Below, piece after piece: positions 28,510 to 38,266 of a DNA stretch of 64,000 bases. This DNA comes from Dehalococcoidia bacterium (GTDB taxonomy: Bacteria; Chloroflexota; Dehalococcoidia; Plut-88900). Both the position numbers and the translations under genes were made by a program. How positions within the stretch are numbered: the stretch's first letter is position 1; every line of letters begins with the position of its first letter. The stretch spans positions 96,001-160,000 of the forward strand of contig OZ240219.1 in assembly GCA_965197645.1 (NCBI GenBank). The letters are read 5' to 3'. The notes below the pieces were generated by a model. It ran no database searches and was not told where the DNA came from. It saw only the letters and a program-made list of their open reading frames with translations.

Positions 28510-29589
28510 CTAAGGGTACCCGGTAATCATAATATCATCACCCAACCGCTTCACCTCCAGGTCCTTCAGACGGAGTACATCGCTCATACGCTGAGCGCCG
28601 GCGCCTCCCACCGCTGCCGGCGATTCAGCACCACCTATTATAGCCGACGCCACAAACGTAACAACTTTGTCCACCAGCTTCCTGTCAAAGAAGGAGCCGA
28701 GGAGGGCGCTTCCCCCCTCCACCAGGACGTGGGTGCACTCTCTCTGGCCCAGCCATACCAGCAGAGTGTCTATGTCTACCAGGCCGTCTTCCGAAGGGAA
28801 CTCGGCTACCTGGGCACCCTGAGCCTCCAGGCCGGTCCGGGTCTCGTGGTCGATGCCTGAGACGGCTATTACCGTGTCTCCGGGTTGTACGAAGAGCGCG
28901 GACTCGGTTGGCGTCCTCCCACGGCTATCGACGACCACTCTGAGGGGCTGGGGATAGTCGCTTTCTGGAGGGCCGGTGCGGACGGTCAGCCTGGGATCGT
29001 CCTCCAAGACGGTGTTGACACCTACCATTACGGCGTCTGCAATGCCGCGTAGATGGTGGGCACACATACGAGCTTCTTCACCCGTGATCCACTGCGACTC
29101 GCCGGACCGGGTAGCGATCTTGCCGTCCAGGCTGGCTGCGAACTTGGCGGTGACGAAGGGCCAGCCGGTGGTGATGTACTTGGCATACGCCTCGTTTAGC
29201 TGCAACGACTCCTTTTCCAGCTCTCCGACGTGAACGGCAAGTCCGGCTTGCTCCAGCTGGTCCCTGCCCCGGCCTGAGACCCTGAGGTTGGGGTCCAGGG
29301 CCGCTATGCGGACCTCGGCTAGCTCGGCATCGATAAGAGCTCCGGTGCAAGGGGGCGTGCGGCCCTGAAAGCAGCAGGGTTCCAGGGTGACGTACATGGT
29401 GGCGTCTTTGGCGGCACCGCCGGCCTGCTCCAGGGCGACGGCCTCGGCGTGCGCCTGGCCCGCGGGCCGGGTGCTCCCTTCACCCACCACCACCCCATCC
29501 TTCACTATCACGGCGCCCACGGCCGGATTGGGGCTGGTCCGACCCAGGATGCACTGGGCCAGCGAGAGGGCGCGGTTCATGTAGTCCAT
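28510..29589 (-). CDS. ribD: Riboflavin biosynthesis deaminase/reductase
   Basis: PNPAVGAV, HAE, TLEPC...TPPC, SLDGKIA, VEGG. Confidence 0.96.
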   Translation of the reverse strand: MDYMNRALSLAQCILGRTSPNPAVGAVIVKDGVVVGEGSTRPAGQAHAEAVALEQAGGAAKDATMYVTLEPCCFQGRTPPCTGALIDAELAEVRIAALDPNLRVSGRGRDQLEQAGLAVHVGELEKESLQLNEAYAKYITTGWPFVTAKFAASLDGKIATRSGESQWITGEEARMCAHHLRGIADAVMVGVNTVLEDDPRLTVRTGPPESDYPQPLRVVVDSRGRTPTESALFVQPGDTVIAVSGIDHETRTGLEAQGAQVAEFPSEDGLVDIDTLLVWLGQRECTHVLVEGGSALLGSFFDRKLVDKVVTFVASAIIGGAESPAAVGGAGAQRMSDVLRLKDLEVKRLGDDIMITGYP

Positions 29590-29616
29590 AGACGAAGACC
29601 AAAGAACGCCGAAGGG

Positions 29617-30207
29617 CTAGTCGGCTCCCCCGGCTACTGCCGATTTCCGGAAGTCCTGATGGGCGCGGCTGGCGGTGGGTGAGGCTTGTCCCTGGTACTT
29701 GCTCCCCAGGGCCTTGGAGCCGTACAGATTGTCCGCCCGGGTGGTGAGTCGTAGAAACGATATCTGACCGATCTTCATGCCGCCGTAAAGCGTGAGGGGC
29801 AGAGTAGCCACGTTGCTGAGCTCCAGGGTGAGCTTGCCCTTCCAACCCGGATCAACGTAGCCGGCGGTGGAGTGAATCAGCAGGCCGATTCTACCCAGCG
29901 AGCTTTTCCCATCCAGCCTGGCGACCAAATCATCGGGTACTTCGATGTGCTCCAGGGTACCGCCCAGTACGAACTCGCCGGGGTGGAGGATAAAGGGCAC
30001 GTCGTCCTCGATCATGACGCTTTCGGTAAGGTCCTCCACGTCCTGTCTGACATCGATGTACGGCCGGCGGGAGTTGCGAAAGACCAGTATCTGGCGGTCC
30101 AGGTGAACGTCGACGCTGGCCGGTTGGATATCGCCGGCGTCCAGGGGCCGGATGACAATACGCTCCTTGTCGATCTCTTCCCTTATGGACCTATCGCTTA
30201 AGACCAA
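29617..30207 (-). CDS. dcd: dCTP deaminase
   Basis: MVLSDRSI, QPASVD, GKSSLGRIGL, AGYVDPGW.G.LTLE, KYQGQ. Confidence 0.95.
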   Translation of the reverse strand: MVLSDRSIREEIDKERIVIRPLDAGDIQPASVDVHLDRQILVFRNSRRPYIDVRQDVEDLTESVMIEDDVPFILHPGEFVLGGTLEHIEVPDDLVARLDGKSSLGRIGLLIHSTAGYVDPGWKGKLTLELSNVATLPLTLYGGMKIGQISFLRLTTRADNLYGSKALGSKYQGQASPTASRAHQDFRKSAVAGGAD

Positions 30208-30328
30208 CGCGACACCTGCCTATCCGGGTCGTGAATTGGGTTTCTGTTCCGGCAATTCTAGCAATGTGAACATGGCTGTATCAATACGAATCCAAGACCA
30301 TTTAGAGCCAGTATCGACCGTGGACAAA

Positions 30329-30366
30329 CCAAAGGGGGCGGCCCGAATTCGGGACGCCCCCTTTGG
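30329..30366 (-). terminator. Intrinsic terminator hairpin downstream of the SIMPL gene
   Basis: CCAAAGGGGGCG...CGCCCCCTTTGG perfect outer stem, followed by TTTG on the minus strand. Confidence 0.7.
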
Positions 30367-30383
30367 AAAGCTCGACCAGTTGC

Positions 30384-31211
30384 CTACTCGATGGCGAAGG
30401 CCATGCTAACCGTAAGCCTGAGCTCCGTTTGGCCCGCACTTATGGGCGTATCAAATGCTGTCGCTTCCTCCATGGTCATGGCGCTGTCGGTGAACACACC
30501 CTGCGGTATCGGCGCCACTCTCCCACCCTCTCTGATGGCAATGGCGGGCCCCAGGGTCACACCGGCCAGGGTAGCCAGGTGCTGCGCCTTAGCCGTGGCA
30601 TCCGCGACTGCTTTCTCCCGCAGCTCGGCCTGGAAGGGACTGGAGTCATCGATGGTGAAGTTGATGTCGTGGATGCGGGTGAGGTCGCCACCCGCTCCTG
30701 CAACGCCATCGATGATATCGCCAACGGAGTCCAGATTACGGACGATGACGCTGACGCTGTTGGCAACCTCGAAGCCGGTTAGCTCCGGGCGATCTTCCCG
30801 GTAGTCATAGACCGGGTTGATTCTCAACGATCGGGTCCTTATGTCGTTCTGCTCAACTTTCTGGCTCCGCAGAACGTCGACGATGGCCGTCATGGCCTCC
30901 GCAGCGTCACTACGGGCTTCGGCCACCGTGTCTCCGCGGGCCTGAACGCCCAGGGACAAGATGGCGGTATCGGGGGATACGCTGACGCTGCCCGTGCCCG
31001 AAACGAAGATGCCTCCATCCTGGCTGCCGGACACCAGCTGTACGGTGGAAACCCCGCCTGACATAGCGCTCTCGTCGCCGGAGGTCTCAGCGGAGGAGAC
31101 GGCCGGGGACTGAGCATCGTCATCGTTGGCATCAGAGCTCTGGCAGGCTGTAAAGGTGACCAGCGCAGCAATTAACATGATAGCCAGGAAGAGTCTTTTA
31201 CGCGTTATCAT
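30384..31211 (-). CDS. SIMPL (DUF541) domain lipoprotein
   Basis: Signal peptide with lipobox-like FTAC, VSGTGSV...PD.A, A..DA.AKA..LA..AG..LG. Start ATG 31211 after AGGAGG. Confidence 0.88.
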   Translation of the reverse strand: MITRKRLFLAIMLIAALVTFTACQSSDANDDDAQSPAVSSAETSGDESAMSGGVSTVQLVSGSQDGGIFVSGTGSVSVSPDTAILSLGVQARGDTVAEARSDAAEAMTAIVDVLRSQKVEQNDIRTRSLRINPVYDYREDRPELTGFEVANSVSVIVRNLDSVGDIIDGVAGAGGDLTRIHDINFTIDDSSPFQAELREKAVADATAKAQHLATLAGVTLGPAIAIREGGRVAPIPQGVFTDSAMTMEEATAFDTPISAGQTELRLTVSMAFAIE

Positions 31212-31418
31212 TGAGTATCGCCTCCTGTATAGTCTCTTTTCCGCTCGATCGCCATCGTTCCAAAAGTAAGAACAAAGAAGTTGCCAAAAGGTTGCATCGG
31301 ACATTCCGAAAGCCGGAAGTCTTGGTGTGTTGTGGTCCCTCGGCGTATGGAGCCGCCTCGTCCGACCATCATGACATCGAAAACGTCAGTCAAGTATAAT
31401 CGATTGAGCGGCGATTAG

Positions 31419-32024
31419 ATGAAATCAGCGGTAACGGACATCGTCAAGACCCTGGCTCTGGCCGCGGCATTGTTCTTCATGGTGCAGGCGATAGTACAGA
31501 ACTACGAGGTGTTCGGCGCCAGCATGGAGCCTACCATCCATACGGGGGACCACATAATAGTAAACAAAGCCGCCTACGCTTCCCTGGACCTGCACAAGAT
31601 GTCCAAGTTTGTCCCCTTCTATGAGGCCGAGAAGGGGGAGGGTCTCGAAATATTCGGCGTGCCGGCCCGCGGCGATGTGGTGATTATCAACTCCCTAAGC
31701 CCTCCACCGAAACAGCTTATCAAACGCATCGTGGGGGTACCCGGCGATACTGTGGAGACACGAGACGGCGAGCTGTTCATCAACGGTGAGCGTGTCGAGG
31801 AGGTCTACACCCGGGGTTCGGCGCCCGTGATTGATCCGGTGGTCATTCCCCGAGACCACTACTATGTGTTGGGTGATAATCGGGCGCACAGCAACGATTC
31901 CAGATTCTTCGGTCCGATCCATCGGGACGCCATAGTGGGCAAGGCGTGGCTGTCCTACTGGCCGTTGGACGGCTTCGGCATCATCGACGATCACCACCTG
32001 GAACTGTCCTCCGATTTCGAGTGA
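31419..32024 (+). CDS. lepB: Signal peptidase I
   Basis: SMEPT, IKRIVGVPGD, GDNR..SNDSR.FG. Confidence 0.95.
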   Translation: MKSAVTDIVKTLALAAALFFMVQAIVQNYEVFGASMEPTIHTGDHIIVNKAAYASLDLHKMSKFVPFYEAEKGEGLEIFGVPARGDVVIINSLSPPPKQLIKRIVGVPGDTVETRDGELFINGERVEEVYTRGSAPVIDPVVIPRDHYYVLGDNRAHSNDSRFFGPIHRDAIVGKAWLSYWPLDGFGIIDDHHLELSSDFE

Positions 32025-32031
32025 CCACCTC

Positions 32032-32601
32032 GTGAGAGATGACGAAATCCGGGAGATCCTCGAAGGCTCCAACGCCTTGCTCCAGGGCCATTTTCTCCTC
32101 ACCTCCGGCCTCCACTCCCCCAACTACCTGGAGAAGTTCCGGCTTCTTCAGGACCCCTCGCATATCGAGTATTTCTGCACCAAAATTGCGGACCGCTTCC
32201 GAGCCGAAGGCGTAGAGACGGTGGCCGGACCGGCGCTGGGTGGCATAATCCTGGCCTACGAGGTGGCCCGGCAGCTGGGGGTCAACGGTGTCTACGCCGA
32301 GAGAGAAGGCGACGAGAGGGTGTTCCGTAGAGGGCAATCGATCTCGCCGGATGAGCGGGTCCTCATCGTGGACGACATTCTGACTACGGGGGGCTCGGTC
32401 AGGGAGATGGTGGAGGCGGTGGCGAAGGCTAGAGGGGAGATCGTGGGCATCGGACTGCTTATCGATAGATCAAGCGACGTGCCTGAGTTCAACGCGCCAC
32501 TGTACACGTGCCACCGACTGGATATCCTCACCTATCCGCCGGAGGAATGCCCCCAGTGTAAAGCAGGACAGCCGCTGACGAGACACGGGAGCCAGGTTTA
32601 G
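32032..32601 (+). CDS. pyrE: Orotate phosphoribosyltransferase
   Basis: GHFLLTSGLHS and the PRPP motif VDDILTTGGS. Confidence 0.93.
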   Translation: MRDDEIREILEGSNALLQGHFLLTSGLHSPNYLEKFRLLQDPSHIEYFCTKIADRFRAEGVETVAGPALGGIILAYEVARQLGVNGVYAEREGDERVFRRGQSISPDERVLIVDDILTTGGSVREMVEAVAKARGEIVGIGLLIDRSSDVPEFNAPLYTCHRLDILTYPPEECPQCKAGQPLTRHGSQV

Positions 32602-32671
32602 CCCAGGGGGTACGCGGCATGGGTCTTCAGTTGCTAGACAAACCCGGCGGGCCTACCCATAATATAGCCGT

Positions 32672-32746
32672 GAGCCGTTAGCTCAGCGGTAGAGCACCGG
32701 ACTTTTAATCCGGGTGTCGTGGGTTCGAATCCCACACGGCTCACCA
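32672..32746 (+). tRNA. tRNA-Lys (anticodon TTT)
   Basis: GAGCCGT...ACGGCTC-A-CCA, CCGGA-ctTTTaa-TCCGG, GGTTCGAATCC. Confidence 0.97.
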
Positions 32747-33005
32747 CGCTTGCACCGTAGACCGTACCGGCCCCGAGCATCAGCCACCGGATTAGCACCG
32801 GCGCTCCCATCGCTGCGGGTGTTGGCTCCCATATCTCCGCCACCACCAGCCACTCCCCCACACGGTCTGTTGATTCAGGTGCGTCAAATGGGTGCAAGCC
32901 ACCCCGGCTGCTCCGCAGCCCCTAACAGAACTAAACCAGGGCTCGGGGTGTTATATTGTGCTCCGCTATTGGAGACCCAAGTCCAGGGTAGATAGAGGTG
33001 TCGTT

Positions 33006-33908
33006 ATGACCGTGCCTCCTCAGAAAAAGCTGCATCGTCCGATTCTGGAGATGGTAAGGGAAGCGAAAAATGATGCGGTGTCGTTTCAACACTTAAAGTA
33101 TGCACTCATCCAGCACTTTTCATTGAATGAAACAGACCTAGAGGAAAGAGTACCGTCGGGGCAGAACAGATTCACCAATCGGGTTTACTGGGCAGTATCC
33201 TATTTGAGGCGTGCGAGCTTACTGAGGTCACCTTCACAGGCTCGTTTTCTAATCACAGATCAAGGACTCCAGGCTCTTGCGACTTACGACGGTGACATTG
33301 GGACCGGAGAACTCAAACGCTTGATTGAGTTGGGAGGGCGAACAATACCGCCAGAACCTGGGGTCGTTCCAGAGGTTGAAGATGTCTCCGGAGCTACACC
33401 GGATGAACAACTGGCGACTCTTCATCAAGAGCTAGACGACAAACTAGCCGATGAGCTGTTGGATGCTGTTCTAAATTTATCGCCTGATCGCTTTGAACAG
33501 TTGATGGTCAGACTACTTGAGAAGATGGGCTACGGCAAAGGTCAGAGAGTGGGAGGCCCAGGCGATGGGGGGATTGACGGCATAATCGACCAGGACCTGC
33601 TCGGCCTCGAGAAGGTCTACGTCCAAGTCAAGCGTTGGGAAGGGTCGGTCGGTGAACCTGAGATACGTAACTTTTCCGGCAGCCTGCAGGCAAAGGGCGC
33701 CAGCAAGGGCGTGTTCATCACTACGTCAACCTTTGCCGGCAGGGCGCGGGAGACAGCGGACCGTATCTCTGCTGGCCCTCAATTCATACGCCTCGTCGAT
33801 GGCATAGAGCTCTCTCGCCTTATGATCAGGCATGATGTAGGCGTCGTGACCGAAATCTCCTACGATGTGAAAAAGCTGGACGAGAACTACCTCGGCAACG
33901 AGGTGTAG
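33006..33908 (+). CDS. mrr: Mrr type IV (modification-dependent) restriction endonuclease
   Basis: Mrr_N winged helix (NRVYWAVSYL) and catalytic DGGIDG...VYVQVKRW, KGVFITTS.F. Start ATG 33006. Confidence 0.92.
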   Translation: MTVPPQKKLHRPILEMVREAKNDAVSFQHLKYALIQHFSLNETDLEERVPSGQNRFTNRVYWAVSYLRRASLLRSPSQARFLITDQGLQALATYDGDIGTGELKRLIELGGRTIPPEPGVVPEVEDVSGATPDEQLATLHQELDDKLADELLDAVLNLSPDRFEQLMVRLLEKMGYGKGQRVGGPGDGGIDGIIDQDLLGLEKVYVQVKRWEGSVGEPEIRNFSGSLQAKGASKGVFITTSTFAGRARETADRISAGPQFIRLVDGIELSRLMIRHDVGVVTEISYDVKKLDENYLGNEV

Positions 33909-34005
33909 CGCTGGATTGGGACGGCGACGTTCTCAACCGGGTCGCCCAACGCCAAGGGCCGTGGGAGTAACGCCGGGCGCACAGAGCCGTGGTTATTCCG
34001 TGTGG

Positions 34006-35424
34006 CTAACCAGCCTGGGCCATTGGGGGTATCTTGTCGGCCCAGGGCCTTGCCTGCTCAAGCGCCGCCGAGGCCCGAAGCACCGATACTTCGTCGCCTA
34101 GCCGGCCTATGACGTGCAGCCCGATGGGAAGGCCGTCGGAGGAGAACCCACAGGGGACACTGGCGGCGGGATTGCCGGTAACATTGAAGGTGGGCGTGAA
34201 GGGGGTGTATTCCCAGGCCTGATTGACGCCTCGTGTGCCGATCCTGGTGGTGTACTGTCCCACGGGAAAAGCGGGTATCGCCGTGGTGGGCGTGATAAGA
34301 AGGTCGTAGGTCTCGAAGAAGTCCTCCATCCGAGCCCTGAACTCCCACAGGTCCACCATGGCCTTGGCGTACTGGGCGCCGGTTATCTCCCGCCCCCGCT
34401 CGATGCCCTCTCGGACGTAGTCCATCAGCTTGTCGCCGTGGTCCCTCAGAAGCGCCTCGCCGTCGGCAGCGTAGTTCTCGGCGGGAATGATGGTATCGAA
34501 GATGTCGAAGGGAGGCCCGGACTCGGGTGTCGCATCCTCAAGGCTGCAACCGAACTCCTCGAAAAGCCCCGCGGCCGCTCGAGTAACCGAAAGGACCTCT
34601 TCGTCTACCTCAGCGTAGCCCAGGTCGGGGCTCCAGGCCACCCTCAGACCGCTCACGCCGCCTTCCAACGCGGCCAAGTAGTCCGGCGGCTCCTCCCGGA
34701 TTCTGAGAGAATCTCGGGGGTCGGGACCTGCAATTACGTTGAGCATGAGGGCCGAGTCTCGCACGGTGCGGGACATGGGGCCGCTGTCAGCGAAGAGCAC
34801 CCAGCTGTTTCGGGGCGCCGGCACCCGGGCGTGGGTGGCCTTGATGCCGTAGACACCGCAGAAGGAAGAGGGGATGCGGATAGAGCCTCCGCCGTCGCTG
34901 CCCGTGGCCAGGGGGCATAATCCGGCGGCCAGGGCTGCCCCGGAACCTCCGCTGGACCCGCCGGTGGTCCGGCTGGTGTCCCACGGATTGCGGCAGTGGT
35001 CTCCCAGCTTGTTTTCGGTGCTGCCCGAGGCCCCGAACTCCGGGGTGTTGGTCTTGCCAAGTATTATCGCCCCCGCATTCTTCAAACGTTCCACGGTGAT
35101 GGAGTCCTCTTCGGGCACATTGTCCTCATAGACAAGGGAGCCCATGGTGGTCCGGATGCCCTTGGTGTTCTCCAGGTCCTTGACCGCGACGGGGACGCCG
35201 TGAAGGGGAGGTAGGTCGTCGCCCCGCATCACCGCCGCTTCCGCTTCTTTCGCCGCCTGGCGAGCCTCGTCTCCGCAGACGGTTAGGAAGGCGTTTAGCT
35301 GGGAGTCGAGGGCTTCGATCCTTTCGAGGTAAGAGTCGATAGCCTCAACCGGCGAGGCTTTCTTTTCCCTGATCAGCCCGGCAAGCTCGGTAGCGTCCAT
35401 AAAAGCGTAGGATGAGCTATCCAT
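34006..35424 (-). CDS. Amidase-signature family amidase
   Basis: GVPVAVKDL, GKTNTPEF, GGSSGGS, GSDGGGSIRIP. Confidence 0.93.
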   Translation of the reverse strand: MDSSSYAFMDATELAGLIREKKASPVEAIDSYLERIEALDSQLNAFLTVCGDEARQAAKEAEAAVMRGDDLPPLHGVPVAVKDLENTKGIRTTMGSLVYEDNVPEEDSITVERLKNAGAIILGKTNTPEFGASGSTENKLGDHCRNPWDTSRTTGGSSGGSGAALAAGLCPLATGSDGGGSIRIPSSFCGVYGIKATHARVPAPRNSWVLFADSGPMSRTVRDSALMLNVIAGPDPRDSLRIREEPPDYLAALEGGVSGLRVAWSPDLGYAEVDEEVLSVTRAAAGLFEEFGCSLEDATPESGPPFDIFDTIIPAENYAADGEALLRDHGDKLMDYVREGIERGREITGAQYAKAMVDLWEFRARMEDFFETYDLLITPTTAIPAFPVGQYTTRIGTRGVNQAWEYTPFTPTFNVTGNPAASVPCGFSSDGLPIGLHVIGRLGDEVSVLRASAALEQARPWADKIPPMAQAG

Positions 35425-35475
35425 AACGACCTCCTTCTAATCGAGACGGACTCCTTCAGCGACCGACATTGTCGC

Positions 35476-36429
35476 CTAACGAGGGCCAGCCATCAACTCG
35501 TCCCGCTCCGCCGGAGAAAGGTGAGCCACCGCCTGGTCTATGATATCGAGGCCGACCCTCTCACTCCAGGCCTGAGCAATCTGCTGAAATGCAGGGCCCG
35601 GTGTACCGTTGCCTATCTTGACCCCATTCAGGGAGACCACCGGGGCGATGTGGCTAGGCGTTGTGGTCATAAAGGCCTCGTCGGCCTGGTAGACGTCGAA
35701 GGGGGTGTAGTCGCCCTCCTCGGACTCGATGCCCAGGCCCTCGGCTATCTCCAGGACCGTGTCCATGGTGATCCCGCCCAGCACGTGGCGGCGGTTGGGC
35801 ACGTGGATTCGGCCCTGTCGGAAGAACAGGAAGTTGGCCCCACTGCTCTCGGCTACGTTGCCATCGTAGTCCAGCATCAAGGGTACGGCTTCGGGATCGA
35901 CGGCGTGGGCCTCGAACTCTGCGATGAAGTGGTTCATCTTGTTGGAGATCTTAGCCTTGGGCGAGAGGCTCTGGGGCGGGGTGCGACGGGTGGCGGGGGT
36001 GACCATCTTGATCCCCTTCAAATACCACCGTGCGTACATCTCGAAGGCCAGGGGCTCGGTGTAGATGACCACAGTCGGGTCCATCGACGCCCGGCGGGTC
36101 GGGTCTAACGGTCCCCTGCTTATGATATGGGTCAGGCCTACGTCATCGGGATTGGGCCCGGCGCGCTCCTTGTTCTCGTTTACCAGGTCCAGGGTGACCC
36201 TCTCGAGCTCGTCGATACTCATTTGGGGGTCTATCCTGGTGTAGTTGAGAGACCAGTGCAGCCGGTCCAGATGTTCCCGAAGTCTCCACACCTTTCCCCC
36301 AAAGGTCCTGGCCATCTCATAGACGCCATCGCCCCATCTGAAGCCCCTATCGAAGACGGAGATCGTGGCTTGACTTTCGGGAACAAGATCGCCGTTGACG
36401 TATACCAGGGGTTCGTTAGTGTTTTCCAC
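35476..36429 (-). CDS. Aminotransferase class IV (BCAT/D-amino-acid-transaminase-like)
   Basis: ISVFDRGF.WGDGVYE, HLDRL, AK..N, E.SGAN, LGGIT, ADEAF. Confidence 0.88.
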   Translation of the reverse strand: MENTNEPLVYVNGDLVPESQATISVFDRGFRWGDGVYEMARTFGGKVWRLREHLDRLHWSLNYTRIDPQMSIDELERVTLDLVNENKERAGPNPDDVGLTHIISRGPLDPTRRASMDPTVVIYTEPLAFEMYARWYLKGIKMVTPATRRTPPQSLSPKAKISNKMNHFIAEFEAHAVDPEAVPLMLDYDGNVAESSGANFLFFRQGRIHVPNRRHVLGGITMDTVLEIAEGLGIESEEGDYTPFDVYQADEAFMTTTPSHIAPVVSLNGVKIGNGTPGPAFQQIAQAWSERVGLDIIDQAVAHLSPAERDELMAGPR

Positions 36430-36506
36430 CAGATTCCTCCTAGTAACTAGGTTCGAGCACCGATTAACCCAGTAGCTTTGGTCGGGGCAGGTCGTAGACC
36501 AGAGCT

Positions 36507-38255
36507 CTAACTACGGGGTTTCTCGGCGGAGCGAGCCTGCATTCTTCGGTATCTCTCTATAGAAACGGCAGCCAGGATGACGATGATTGCCAGGGCCAGC
36601 ATAATCGTGGAAACGGCGGTGGCCATGGGCGTGAACTCACCTGCTCTGGCGTCCCAAATGTTCATCGGGATGGTCTGGAATCCCGGGCTTTTCAGCGTCA
36701 TAGCCAGGACCAGCTCGTTGAAAGAGATCAAAAAGGAGACGACTAAGGCTATTCCAATCCCAGGGTAGATCTGGGGAAAGATGATAAGCCGAAACCTGCT
36801 CAGTCGATTCGCTCCCAGGCTTTCGGCTGCCAGCTCCTGGGTCTCGTCGGCGTTACGGAAAGCAGCCGTCAGGATGATGATGGCGAAGGGCAGTGCGAGC
36901 ATGATGTGGGGAACAGCCAGGCCGGGGACTGTGCCCATGAGGAAGTTTAGCCGGCCGAAGTAATAGAGCCTGAAGATGATTCCGGCGAGAACCACGGTCG
37001 GAATGACCAGTGGCGCCAGCATCAGCGAGCCGACGATCTGCTTGCCGGGGTACCGGCCTCGCACCAGACTGTAGGAGACTAGAAGCCCCAGCAAGACGGC
37101 AGCGAGGGAAGCAATGGCGGCGGTCTCGAAGCTGTTTAGCGTCGAGGATAACCAATCGACCAGAGGGTCATCTCCGTTGAAGTAGGTTACGTACCATTTC
37201 CAGGTGAAGTCCGTGGGTGGGAACTGCAGGAAGGTGGTGCGGCTGAAGGAGAGCACCACTACGACTAAGCTGGGAAGCATCATGTATAGCCCAATCAATG
37301 TTGCCACCGCACCCAGGAGAATTCGTCCCAGTGAGCTCTTTCTATCAGTTTCGGGAACGTACTGGACAGCTGATTCTCCGCTGGGATACAGCGGTTTGAA
37401 ACCGATGAACCTGATGAACATCAGGTAGATCAGGAGCACTACGGTCAGCAAGAGCATCGACAGGGATGAATTGAAGCCTCCCTCGACTCGGAGAAGAGAT
37501 GCGATGCCCCGATGCTGTACGTCGCCCAGGATGTCGGGGGCGGCGTAGGCCCCCATACTCAACGCCAGCACCAACAGGCATCCGGCAAAAATGCCCGGCA
37601 GACTCAGAGGCAGGTAAACTCGGAGAAAGCTTCGAATCGGGGGCGCCCCGAGGCTCTGAGCCGCGATGTTTAGCCCCTTGGGGATTCTCAGCATGCCGAC
37701 GTACACGCAGAGGACCATCAGCGGGAGGAGTATCTGAACCATCGAGACCGTCACCGAGAAGCGGGTGAACAGCATCTCCAACGGCTCATCGATTATCCCG
37801 ACGGCTTGCAGAGCCTCGTTAACCCAACCGTTCCTGCCTAGAACTATGCGCCAAATGGAGGTCTGGGGCACGAAGTGGGTGATTAACGGGACGGCCACGA
37901 CGAAGAGTAGCAACGCTCTTCGCCAGCCGGAGCTGCTGGCCAGATAGTAGGCCAAGGGGTAGCCGAGTAGGAGGCAGCTAACGGTGGTGATGAAGGAGAA
38001 CTGCAGGGTGGAGCTCCACAAGCCTCGATACACGGCGCTGGTTAGAGCTCGATGGTAGTTGGCAAAGGTGAGGTTGGACCAGCTTCCGAAGCTATCCTCG
38101 ATGACGTTGACCAGGGGGTATAGGAAGAAGTAGGCGAACAGGGCGGTTCCGGGAAGGAGCATCAGGAGATAAACGGAGTGCTCGCGGGAGAAGCGCTGGA
38201 GGGAGCGACTTCGGCCAGTGAGGGGAGCGGCCAGAAATATGAGAGCTGATGGCAT
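36507..38255 (-). CDS. Fused two-domain ABC transporter permease (PotB+PotC-like)
   Basis: Two BPD_transp_1 units, each with an EAA-type loop (IAAQSLGA, LAAESLGA). Confidence 0.88.
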   Translation of the reverse strand: MPSALIFLAAPLTGRSRSLQRFSREHSVYLLMLLPGTALFAYFFLYPLVNVIEDSFGSWSNLTFANYHRALTSAVYRGLWSSTLQFSFITTVSCLLLGYPLAYYLASSSGWRRALLLFVVAVPLITHFVPQTSIWRIVLGRNGWVNEALQAVGIIDEPLEMLFTRFSVTVSMVQILLPLMVLCVYVGMLRIPKGLNIAAQSLGAPPIRSFLRVYLPLSLPGIFAGCLLVLALSMGAYAAPDILGDVQHRGIASLLRVEGGFNSSLSMLLLTVVLLIYLMFIRFIGFKPLYPSGESAVQYVPETDRKSSLGRILLGAVATLIGLYMMLPSLVVVVLSFSRTTFLQFPPTDFTWKWYVTYFNGDDPLVDWLSSTLNSFETAAIASLAAVLLGLLVSYSLVRGRYPGKQIVGSLMLAPLVIPTVVLAGIIFRLYYFGRLNFLMGTVPGLAVPHIMLALPFAIIILTAAFRNADETQELAAESLGANRLSRFRLIIFPQIYPGIGIALVVSFLISFNELVLAMTLKSPGFQTIPMNIWDARAGEFTPMATAVSTIMLALAIIVILAAVSIERYRRMQARSAEKPRS

Positions 38256-38266
38256 GGTGAGATCTC

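Noticed and set aside
29589-30330. FMN riboswitch for the rib operon
   Set aside because: ribD follows dcd after only 27 bp, and I recognised no RFN consensus upstream of dcd.
34006-35424. gatA (Glu-tRNA amidotransferase subunit A)
   Set aside because: No gatB or gatC neighbours, catabolic context, and only generic amidase-signature motifs.
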